This document shows positions 8,490 through 17,161 of a DNA stretch of 32,693 nucleotides, one piece after another. Within the stretch, counting starts at the first letter, position 1; every line of letters begins with the position of its first letter. The position numbers and the translations under genes are program-made. Below the pieces are notes generated by a model. That model was not told the DNA's origin and did not search any database. It was given only the letters and a program-made list of their open reading frames with translations. Source of the stretch: Candidatus Jordarchaeia archaeon (GTDB lineage Archaea; Asgardarchaeota; Jordiarchaeia; Jordiarchaeales; Jordiarchaeaceae); the NCBI GenBank assembly GCA_029856435.1, contig JAHQXB010000125.1, positions 1 to 32,693 of the forward strand, read 5' to 3'.

Positions 8490-10031
8490 ATGAACTTTCT
8501 AGGGACTGTGATTGCATCAAGTTATCCGCCCGGCCCAACCACTTCAAATTTCAGCTTTGTTGTTACCAATAATGAGCCTATACCCGTAAGGAAGGGCCAG
8601 TTTGTTCAGATTAACACCGAGGACGGTTTACTTTTAGGTATGGTTCAAGAGATAGTTAAAACCAACCGCTTCTACTCCCATCCAGAATACGTTAGGGAAT
8701 ACGAGAGGGGCGGGCAGCCTTTAACCTCAATATTTCCATGTGATAGGTGGGATATGCTCATCGCAAATGTGAAACCCTTGGGTGTTTTCACCAATGGAAT
8801 TTTTGACAAAGTGAGTTTTCCCCCTTCACCTGGAGAGAAGGTTTACATAGCCGACGATGAAGTTCTCATAAATTTACTTGGGCTAGATGTGGAAAATGGA
8901 CTGAATTTGGGAAGTCTACGCTTCCATGACCTGCCGGCCTCGTTGAATATGACTAGACTGTTACAGAAACACTTGGCCATTCTGGCTATGAGTGGAAGTG
9001 GAAAATCTTACCTAGCCACAGTAATAATTGAGGAACTACTATCCAGAAAACCCGAAAGTGGAAGAGTAGCAGTAATCATCGTTGATGTTCACGGAGAATA
9101 CTCGTCAATTGCCAACAAGCCCGAAAAAAATGGTCAGCTTGACCTTTCCGAAAAAGTAACCGTCATAAAAAGTCCATTTGTTCAGTTCGCAACGCCACTC
9201 ATTTCAAATAGGTGGTTCGGAACATTCCAACCAGAAATGTCTCCCATACAGGTTCGAGAATTAGGACGAATAATCACCGAAATGAGGAGAGAACACCAAA
9301 ACAAATCCTACTCCCTAAAAGATCTACTAACCTACATAGAAAACGATGCAAAAATTCCGCAAAGGTCAAAAGAGGCGCTTCTAGGCTGGTTATACGAGCT
9401 GGAAGAAACAGACCTATTCGGAACAGAAGAAGCCCCTAACTTGGAGAATCTAGTTAAACCGGGACATGCAATAATCTTAGATTTAAGCGAAGCCACCAGC
9501 CTCAAGAAAAAACAATTAATTGTAGCCTACATTGCAACCAGACTATTTGGCCTTAGAAGAAGAGGAGTGATTCCTCCATTCACTATGATCCTTGAAGAAG
9601 CTCACCAATTCTGCCCCCAAGCGAGACAGGAACTAGCAATCTCCCAAAAAATTATTGAGCAAATAGCAAGAGAAGGAAGAAAATTCTACGCATCACTCTG
9701 CCTTATCAGCCAAAGACCCGTAAGACTTTCAACCACCATTCTCAGCCAAGCCAATACCCACATCATACTAAGAATATCTAACCCCAATGATTTGGACACC
9801 ATTAAAGCCAGCTCCGAAATGATAACCTCAGAAATTATCTCAATGATCACCAGCCTACCAGTAGGAGAAGCCCTAATCGTGGGCAGCGCCGTAAACTACC
9901 CTATCTTTGTGAAAATAAGACAACGTTACACTAAGGAATCCGCCTACGAGGTAGATTTGGAAAAAGCAGCTAAACTATTTGAAGAACAGTCAAATCCTGA
10001 AGAAACAAATAAAATAGCTAAAAAACACTAA
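8490..10031 (+). CDS. herA: HerA helicase/translocase (FtsK/HerA ATPase)
   Basis: N-terminal HAS-barrel-like region, Walker A AMSGSGKS, DVHGEY, Walker B ILEEAH, REGRKF, ISQRP. Confidence 0.92.
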   Translation: MNFLGTVIASSYPPGPTTSNFSFVVTNNEPIPVRKGQFVQINTEDGLLLGMVQEIVKTNRFYSHPEYVREYERGGQPLTSIFPCDRWDMLIANVKPLGVFTNGIFDKVSFPPSPGEKVYIADDEVLINLLGLDVENGLNLGSLRFHDLPASLNMTRLLQKHLAILAMSGSGKSYLATVIIEELLSRKPESGRVAVIIVDVHGEYSSIANKPEKNGQLDLSEKVTVIKSPFVQFATPLISNRWFGTFQPEMSPIQVRELGRIITEMRREHQNKSYSLKDLLTYIENDAKIPQRSKEALLGWLYELEETDLFGTEEAPNLENLVKPGHAIILDLSEATSLKKKQLIVAYIATRLFGLRRRGVIPPFTMILEEAHQFCPQARQELAISQKIIEQIAREGRKFYASLCLISQRPVRLSTTILSQANTHIILRISNPNDLDTIKASSEMITSEIISMITSLPVGEALIVGSAVNYPIFVKIRQRYTKESAYEVDLEKAAKLFEEQSNPEETNKIAKKH

Positions 10032-10195
10032 AAAACTACATTTACCCAACTTATTAAACGTTTATCCTTGTAGACTCCTTTTTTGATAAGTGCACTTAAG
10101 TGTGGAAATTATGCTTTAGAATAAGTTTATAATATAAAATAATTACATACAGTTCGTTTATTTATAATTCGTAAACTTTTGGAGTGTTAAATACT

Positions 10196-11194
10196 ATGAG
10201 CCTAAATTTTGGAGAAGGAGTAGATAGGGTCAGAATTAGGGTTTTAACAGAAAATACAACTGATATTACCCTTCTAACAGATGAAAAATTTAGGGACAAA
10301 GTTCAGCAGCCGGGAGCTTCCACACTGTTGTGTATGGCGGAGCATGGTTTGGCACTGCTTTTTGAGGTAACCAAGAACAGTTCCACGCACACATTCTTGA
10401 TGGATGCTGGAGGACTAATAGGCTCCATAGCCAACAATATGAAATTTCTTCAGGTTGACTCAAAAAAGATTGAAAAATTCATTCTCTCACACGGGCACTT
10501 TGACCATTTCGGAGGGCTGAACCATATTATTAACCAATTTTCTACAGGGACCGAAATCATAACATCTCAAAACGCTTTTCTCCCCAAGTGGGCTCTCACA
10601 GGCGATTTATCAGGTAAACAAATCCAACTCGATAAAGAAAAATTGGAACAATTACAGAGGGAACAAAAAATTAGACAGCTGCCCGGTATTAATAGGGCTC
10701 TGTTTGATGAACAAATAAAGAACAATAATTTAAAACTTATCGAAACTAACAAGCCGGTCCAGTTGGCTCCGGGAGTTTGGACTAGCGGTGAAATAGAAAC
10801 TTCAATAAAAGAGGAGTTAACTGCTGGATTGTACGTTCAAAAAAATGGAGAAATTCTTTTTGACGACTTTAGAGATGAAATATCAGTAATTATTAATGTT
10901 AAGAATAGGGGACTGGTTATTCTCACAGGATGCGGACACACGGGAATAATGAATACTGTAAAAATGGCCCAAAAACTGTCAGGGATTGACAGAGTCTACG
11001 CCTTAATCGGAGGCTACCACATGAATTGGGCAAGCGAGGAACAAATCAAAAGAACTATAGACTTTCTAAAAAAATTAAAGGCAAAAGTTCTATGTGCTAT
11101 GCACTGCAGTGGATTTAGATTTACAGCGCGTATGATGAACGAGATTCCTGAGGCGGCAGTTCAGGGAATTGTGGGAACCGTTTTCAATCTATAG
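10196..11194 (+). CDS. Metallo-beta-lactamase-fold hydrolase, COG1237/MJ0301-like (dihydropterin/methanopterin pathway family)
   Basis: AEHGLA, MDAG, LSHGHFDHFGG, TGCGHTG, IGGYH and MHCSG motifs. Confidence 0.82.
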   Translation: MSLNFGEGVDRVRIRVLTENTTDITLLTDEKFRDKVQQPGASTLLCMAEHGLALLFEVTKNSSTHTFLMDAGGLIGSIANNMKFLQVDSKKIEKFILSHGHFDHFGGLNHIINQFSTGTEIITSQNAFLPKWALTGDLSGKQIQLDKEKLEQLQREQKIRQLPGINRALFDEQIKNNNLKLIETNKPVQLAPGVWTSGEIETSIKEELTAGLYVQKNGEILFDDFRDEISVIINVKNRGLVILTGCGHTGIMNTVKMAQKLSGIDRVYALIGGYHMNWASEEQIKRTIDFLKKLKAKVLCAMHCSGFRFTARMMNEIPEAAVQGIVGTVFNL

Positions 11195-11375
11195 GAAATA
11201 TTAAATCTAATTTTCCCCTTATCTTTTTTCTATCTTCAGGAAAAAGTGTTACTTATAAAAAAGGAATGGTGTTATTAACTAGTGTTTAAATGGAATTTTC
11301 TTTCACGTTATTTGTTGTTTGGCTTTAGTTCTCCTCCCGCATTTGCCATATACCTTTAATTATTTTTTGGTTATT

Positions 11376-11651
11376 TTAAGAAATTATAATCTGTATTTTT
11401 TCTACTGCAGGTTCGCAGACCTTACGGACTCCATGTTCTCCTGGTTCGTAGTGGGATTTTAGTAGTCCTGCCTTCTCTAGAATTTTTACTTGGGCTGAGA
11501 CATTGGCCTCTGTTTGTTTTAATGTTTCTGCTATTCTGCTAACATCCATTTTCTTTTCTCTGAGGAGTCTTAGAATTTCCCACCTCGTTTGGGAAGCTAG
11601 AGCTTTTGCAATTTTAGCTACATCCTCATTTTTAACAATTAATTCTGACAT
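11376..11651 (-). CDS. ArsR-like winged-helix transcriptional regulator
   Basis: KALASQTRWEILRLL...IAETLKQTEANVSAQVKILEKAGLL. ATG at 11651. Confidence 0.85.
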   Translation of the reverse strand: MSELIVKNEDVAKIAKALASQTRWEILRLLREKKMDVSRIAETLKQTEANVSAQVKILEKAGLLKSHYEPGEHGVRKVCEPAVEKIQIIIS

Positions 11652-11725
11652 TATCTTCACCGTTTTTAATTCTTCTTAAAAAGAATAGTACTTATAACTC
11701 TTTTTAAATTTATCTTGCTTTTAAA

Positions 11726-11851
11726 TATACTTTTACCATATCTTTTATGTGTTATAATTTTTCATAATATTAGTACTCTATACTTTTACCTATTATCACT
11801 CATAGTATAACTTTAAAAAACTCCTATATGTTTAAGTATACACATTTTACC
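11726..11851 (+). repeat. Dispersed direct repeats in an AT-rich intergenic region
   Basis: TATACTTTTACC at 11726-11737 and 11779-11790; variant TATACACATTTTACC ending at 11851. Confidence 0.6.
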
Positions 11852-12030
11852 TTTTTTTCTTTTATTAAACCTTCTATTCAATTGGTTAATTTGATTATTT
11901 AAGTGTAAAATAACCATTTTCTTTTTAATTTGAATTGCAGAAATATGTCTCTAATAAAAATAGTTTAAAATAGAGGCCACTCTATTTTTTAATGAATTTT
12001 GGTTTTTTCCAGTTAGCCCGGTGTGGTTCA

Positions 12031-12897
12031 ATGGAGAAGGTAATCAGATCCTTTAAACAACTGGAGAGTGAAGATTTCAGGATCTTGGCTACTGTAGAAA
12101 GAGGGATGGGCAGCTATGAATACGTCCCTATAGACTACATTACAAAAAGTTTCCCTAAAAATGTGAGTGAAACCATTTCCCGGTTAGATCGTCTTCACAA
12201 GTTGAAGCTGCTTGTCCGCTGGATTGGCGCCTACATTGGCTACAGATTAACTCTTTCTGGGTACGACATTTTAGCTCTTGGTTCACTTGTTTCTTCTAAT
12301 ATCATTTATGCCTTCGGCCATAGGGTAGGTATAGGAAAAGAATCAGATGTTTACGATGCTTTAACCCCCTCTAACGAGAGGGTTATAGTTAAACTTCACA
12401 GGCTGGGCAGAACCAGTTTTAAGCAAGTACGACGGCTACGCAGCTATGTTCATAATAAGGGTGGTTCTTGGTTCTTTGCTAGTCGTGGCTCCGCAGAAAA
12501 AGAGTATTCGGCACTTCAAATTCTTTTCGAAGCGGGAATTAATGTTCCCCGACCTAGGGGGCAGAACAGACACGCAATAGTTATGGATTTTGTAGAGGGA
12601 GATGAACTATACTTAATCAGGAAATTGCCGAATCCATTAAAAATTCTCAACGAAATTTTAGATAATGTGAAACTATCATACCGTGTGGGTATAGTGCATT
12701 CGGATCTTAGTGAACACAACGTTATCGTTAAACCCGATTTTCACGTGGTTCTAATAGATTGGCCACAGTGGTTGCCAGTTAAACATGTGGAGGCTTTGCG
12801 ATATTTAAGAAGAGATGTCTCTAATATTCTCAGATTTTTTGAGAGGCGGTTCGGCGTAAGGAAAGATTTGGAAGAAACTATGAAAAAAATTCTTTAA
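12031..12897 (+). CDS. rio2: RIO2 atypical Ser/Thr kinase
   Basis: N-terminal winged helix (GYRLTLSGYDILAL), GIGKESDVY, VKLHRLGRTSF, HSDLSEHNV, IDWPQ. Confidence 0.93.
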   Translation: MEKVIRSFKQLESEDFRILATVERGMGSYEYVPIDYITKSFPKNVSETISRLDRLHKLKLLVRWIGAYIGYRLTLSGYDILALGSLVSSNIIYAFGHRVGIGKESDVYDALTPSNERVIVKLHRLGRTSFKQVRRLRSYVHNKGGSWFFASRGSAEKEYSALQILFEAGINVPRPRGQNRHAIVMDFVEGDELYLIRKLPNPLKILNEILDNVKLSYRVGIVHSDLSEHNVIVKPDFHVVLIDWPQWLPVKHVEALRYLRRDVSNILRFFERRFGVRKDLEETMKKIL

Positions 12898-13058
12898 ACT
12901 TTTTGTGATGACTTAATTTTATGCGGTGAAGCATTAATAATTGAATTATATAATAAAGGTGATATTTGTACAGACGATAAAGGTAAAAACATAGTTGGTT
13001 TTTTTTAAATTGAGGAAGGACTATTCAGCTTTCTGTTTTTAGAAACTGGTGGTTTAGC

Positions 13059-15122
13059 TTGTCGAAAATTGTATCGGGCTCCTGCATTATGGGCGTTGAT
13101 ATTCTACCTATGAGTTCTCCATCCTCAATGCTAAGTCGTAGGTATGCGGCCTTTCTATTAAGTAAGGATGCCAATGAAACCTTTGAGAAACTGACCTTAA
13201 GAGAACTCTTAAAAATCATCAACGAGGTAAAGCCAGATATTGTCGCGTCCGATAACATTTTTGAATTCGCGCCAAATCAGAGGGGGATAATATACCTGCT
13301 TAGAAGGTTTCCTCCCAGCACAAAGCTTGTACAGGTTACTGGTTCGCCTGCGGGTGGAATGGAGCCATTAACCAGTATTGCGGCAAAATACGGTCTAACT
13401 ATTTCTTCAAAGTTGAGTCCTACGGAGGCTGCTGAAGTTTGTGCTCGGCTCGCCGCCAAGGGTGTTGGCTACATTGTTTATGCCTTTGAGAATGAGACCA
13501 AGATTATCGTTTCGCGGGGTAGAACCTTAGGGCCGGGAGGTTCTAGTTCTGAGAGGTTCCGAAGGAGGCTGCATGCCCTAGTTTCACAAACTACCCAGGT
13601 GATTAAAAATATACTGGATGACGCTAGGATAGATTATGACCTCTATACCCAAGAATCTGAACATGGTTTAAAACAAAGTAAATTTCTGGTTTACGCGGAT
13701 AGGGCTAGACTAGGAAGTTTAGTAAAACCAAGCAGAGGGCGGGACGTTCAAGTTAAAGTTGAACCAGTGGTTCTTGATAAATTGGAATGGATTCCTCTCA
13801 TCCCCAAAGTTGTTACACCAGTATCAAAGAAGGCTCTTATTCTGGGAATAGATCCCGGAATAACCTGTGGTCTAGCCGTTTTGGATTTAGATGGAAACCT
13901 ACTTTTGCTTCGGAGCGAGAAGGAGTTAACACGAAAAAAGATTATAGAGGAAATTTCAAATTTTGGTGTTCCCATATACATTGGTTCAGATGTTTATCCC
14001 CCTCCAGAATTCGTTAAAAAACTAGCCAATTCCGTTAACGCCAAAATATTCTCTCCCTCACACACTATGAGTGTTGATGAGAAAAGGGAAATAACTAGGA
14101 AATTCCTAGATGGAAAAAGTTTAAAGGCCCGAGACTCCCATCAACGCGATGCTTTAGCTTCCGCTATAAAGGCATACCAATATCTAAAAAATAAATTTGA
14201 ACAGGTGGAGGCACACGTTAAAGAAATGAATGTAGATGTGCCTCTTGATCAGGTGAAAGCCTCAGTCGCCAAGGGTGCTTCCATAAGTGAGGCTATAGCG
14301 TCATTTTTGGAAGAGGAGGAGCTTGAGGAAGCCGAAGAAGTTAAGGCGGTATCGGAAGAAAAGCCTGAAGAAACGATTGATAAACTCAGGAAAAATCTGG
14401 AGCAGCTTCGCTGCAAATTCCGCAGGTGCAGAGAAAAGAACCAGAGGTTGGAGCAACAAATTTTACAATCTCAGGAAACGATTAACAGTTTGAAGGAGGA
14501 AATCAAGGCGCTAAATAACCAGTTGGAAGTGCTACGATCCGAAAATTTTGCAGAGATTAAGCTCAATCGGTTGCACACCAGGTATCATGAGGAGAATGCC
14601 AGATTAAAGGCGGAGTTAGCCAGAATTAAAAGCGAACTAGCCTCAGTAAGACTTCAACTATCCGGCCTCAGAAGAATAAAACTCATGGAGTCAAGAGGAC
14701 TCGTCTACCCCTTAAAAGTTGTGAAATCCTTTACTCAAGAGGAAATTCGTAAAGCAGATGAACTTCTGGGAATAAAGGCAGGAGACATAGTTTTTCTCGA
14801 AGACTCTACAGGAGGGGGACGCCAAACAGCTGAAATCCTAGTGCAGAAACGAATATCGGCTGTTATCTGCGGTTCCGGAATTTCTCACATAGCGCTGGAA
14901 AGATTTCTGGAAGCAGATATACCCATTATTCCACGTGAAGACATCAACATAAAACAAGTAGATGAATTTGCCATTGTAGATAAGGAAGAGTTGGAGAGAG
15001 TGCTAGCTAAGTATAAGCAGAAAACACTAGAACAGAAGAGGGCCCAAGCAGAGAAATTACTTGAAACCGTTGTCAAACAATATAGAGAAGAACGGCAACG
15101 TGAACTATCTGAGAACCATTAG
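13059..15122 (+). CDS. DUF460-family protein (RNase H-like module plus coiled coil)
   Basis: IMGVDIL N-terminus, LVQVTG, ILGIDPGITCGLAVLDLDG, HQRDALASAIKAY, then a long heptad-rich region. Confidence 0.82.
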   Translation: MSKIVSGSCIMGVDILPMSSPSSMLSRRYAAFLLSKDANETFEKLTLRELLKIINEVKPDIVASDNIFEFAPNQRGIIYLLRRFPPSTKLVQVTGSPAGGMEPLTSIAAKYGLTISSKLSPTEAAEVCARLAAKGVGYIVYAFENETKIIVSRGRTLGPGGSSSERFRRRLHALVSQTTQVIKNILDDARIDYDLYTQESEHGLKQSKFLVYADRARLGSLVKPSRGRDVQVKVEPVVLDKLEWIPLIPKVVTPVSKKALILGIDPGITCGLAVLDLDGNLLLLRSEKELTRKKIIEEISNFGVPIYIGSDVYPPPEFVKKLANSVNAKIFSPSHTMSVDEKREITRKFLDGKSLKARDSHQRDALASAIKAYQYLKNKFEQVEAHVKEMNVDVPLDQVKASVAKGASISEAIASFLEEEELEEAEEVKAVSEEKPEETIDKLRKNLEQLRCKFRRCREKNQRLEQQILQSQETINSLKEEIKALNNQLEVLRSENFAEIKLNRLHTRYHEENARLKAELARIKSELASVRLQLSGLRRIKLMESRGLVYPLKVVKSFTQEEIRKADELLGIKAGDIVFLEDSTGGGRQTAEILVQKRISAVICGSGISHIALERFLEADIPIIPREDINIKQVDEFAIVDKEELERVLAKYKQKTLEQKRAQAEKLLETVVKQYREERQRELSENH

Positions 15123-15195
15123 CTTCCTCCCCATTCACGAACCACATATGATGCGAATTACATCAAATCTAAAAGAAGTGCTATGAACTTCGGTT

Positions 15196-15495
15196 CTACT
15201 TTTTGCCTTTAACTTCCTTACCCTTTTCCTTTTCTTTCTCTTTGGTTTCCTCAGCGAAATCAAGGGCCCCAGCATCTGGTTTTATGAATAAAATGTTATT
15301 TCCACGTATGAACACTTCGCCATATCTTGCTATTGGTTCATCACCGTCTAGTTCCTCAGCGCTTGTGAGACACAGGTTCATGTAGGAGTCACAGTGGGAT
15401 AATCTGCCTTGAAATGTTTTCCCATCTTTTAGTTTAACTTGAACTACGTTATTTATTGATTTTAGAAGTATTTGTAATGGCTGACGTTCAGACAT
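15196..15495 (-). CDS. Sm-like (Lsm/SmAP) RNA-binding protein with a charged C-terminal tail
   Basis: Sm1 VQVKLKDGKTFQGRLSHCDSYMNL and Sm2 YGEVFIRGNNILFI. ATG at 15495. Confidence 0.92.
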   Translation of the reverse strand: MSERQPLQILLKSINNVVQVKLKDGKTFQGRLSHCDSYMNLCLTSAEELDGDEPIARYGEVFIRGNNILFIKPDAGALDFAEETKEKEKEKGKEVKGKK

Positions 15496-15749
15496 TTTTT
15501 CAACTCCAAAAACCTGAGAAATATAGGTAAACATTAATTTTAAAACCTATTCTTTCACTTAAAAATGTTTGCTAACACACTTCCGCAACAATAATATTGG
15601 GCTAAAAATATTTTTAAACCCTTGTGAAAAGCAATAATCTTCTGCTTGGAAATATTTTTAATTTTGTACTCGTTTACATACGTGAAGATTATTAATGGGA
15701 AAACTTAAAGGTGTACACACTATTTTTGAAGGAAGGAAGTGTAGAAATT

Positions 15750-17060
15750 TTGACGACCCAGATACAATTAGCGAGGAAAGGAATAGCTTCAAGCGAGGCA
15801 ATACAAGTTGCAAAGGACGAAGACTTCCCACTAGACAAACTATTAAAACTAATAGCATCGGGTAGAGTTGTTATAACCCGAAATGTGAAGCGGGAGAACG
15901 TTAGGCCACTAGGAATAGGGGAAGGCCTCCGCACAAAGATAAACGCAAACATAGGTTCCTCAGCAGACTTCTGTGACATAGATTACGAATTGAGGAAGGC
16001 CAAAATAGCTGTTGAGTATGGCGCGGACACAATAATGGATTTGAGCACCGGTGGAGACATCGACGCCATAAGAAGGAAGGTGATAAAAAACATTAACGTA
16101 CCCCTAGGTACTGTTCCCATTTACCAAGCGGCGATAGAGGCGGGCAAAAGGAAGGGCGCCATAGTGGACATGGACGAGGATGACATGTTCAAAGCCATAG
16201 AGAAACACGCTGAGGACGGTGTAGACTTCATGACGGTACACGTTGGAGTAACCAAAAAAACAGTAGACCTACTGGTTAAACGCAAAAGAATAATCCCCAT
16301 GGTAAGCAGGGGAGGAACTTTCCATGCAGCTTGGATAATACATAATGGCCAAGAAAATCCACTGTACTCCAACTTTGATTACCTCCTCGAATTAGCTAGA
16401 AAATACGATTTTACTCTCAGCTTGGGGGACGGTCTAAGACCGGGTTGCATTCATGATGCAAGCGATGAGCTTCAGATGCAGGAGCTTTTAACAATAAGCG
16501 AACTTGTTGAGAGAGCAAGGGAGGGAGGGGTGCAAGTAATTGTGGAGGGACCGGGGCATATACCGATCCACCAAGTTGGGGCCAATGTTAGAATACAGAA
16601 GGCCCTATGCAAGGGCGCTCCCTTCTATGTGTTGGGCCCCCTAGTAACAGATTTAGCGCCCGGTTATGACCACATTACAGGAGCCATCGGAGGCGCCATA
16701 GCTGCAATGGAGGGTGCCGACTTTCTATGCTATGTCACTCCTGCTGAGCATCTAGGTCTACCTAACGAAGACGACGTTAAACTGGGTGTTATAGCCTCAA
16801 AAATTGCGGCTCACGCAGGAGACATTGCAAAACTCGGGGAAAAGGCATCTTATCGAGATGATGAAATGGCTCGCGCCAGAATCGCAATAGACTGGGAAAA
16901 ACAGTATGAACTATCTTTAGACCCCCGAAGGGCACAGTTATACCACGAAAGAGTGAAGGCCAAAGAGCCCAAGTCCTGCACAATGTGTGGACAGTTCTGC
17001 GCCATGAAGATTATTTCAGAAGCCCTCAACAACCCCAATATAGAAAAAATGAAGTGCTAG
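15750..17060 (+). CDS. thiC: Phosphomethylpyrimidine synthase ThiC
   Basis: TKINANIG, MDLSTGGD, GTVPIYQA, SRGG, SLGDGLRPG, EGPGH, YVTPAEHL and C-terminal CTMCGQFC. Probable TTG start at 15750; the ORF track starts at 15711. Confidence 0.96.
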   Translation: MTTQIQLARKGIASSEAIQVAKDEDFPLDKLLKLIASGRVVITRNVKRENVRPLGIGEGLRTKINANIGSSADFCDIDYELRKAKIAVEYGADTIMDLSTGGDIDAIRRKVIKNINVPLGTVPIYQAAIEAGKRKGAIVDMDEDDMFKAIEKHAEDGVDFMTVHVGVTKKTVDLLVKRKRIIPMVSRGGTFHAAWIIHNGQENPLYSNFDYLLELARKYDFTLSLGDGLRPGCIHDASDELQMQELLTISELVERAREGGVQVIVEGPGHIPIHQVGANVRIQKALCKGAPFYVLGPLVTDLAPGYDHITGAIGGAIAAMEGADFLCYVTPAEHLGLPNEDDVKLGVIASKIAAHAGDIAKLGEKASYRDDEMARARIAIDWEKQYELSLDPRRAQLYHERVKAKEPKSCTMCGQFCAMKIISEALNNPNIEKMKC

Positions 17061-17161
17061 AAAGTTTTCGACCTTAGACTCAATGAGGACTTACAAAATC
17101 GTTGGCGAGAGAGCCTCCAACTAGTCGTGGGGATTGTCAACTATTAAGTCACCCTACTTCA

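Noticed and set aside
11661-11991. Replication origin in the AT-rich spacer
   Set aside because: No ORB-like GTTCCAGTGGAAAC or G-string elements, and no cdc6/orc1 gene in the window.
15123-15195. rpl37e downstream of lsm, a common archaeal arrangement
   Set aside because: No CxxC zinc-finger frame in this 73-nt gap.
15514-15519. CTGAGA upstream of thiC as a TPP riboswitch core
   Set aside because: The other TPP elements (the P2/P3 G-rich stem, a downstream ACCUGA and the P5 loop) are missing, and it is about 235 nt from the start.
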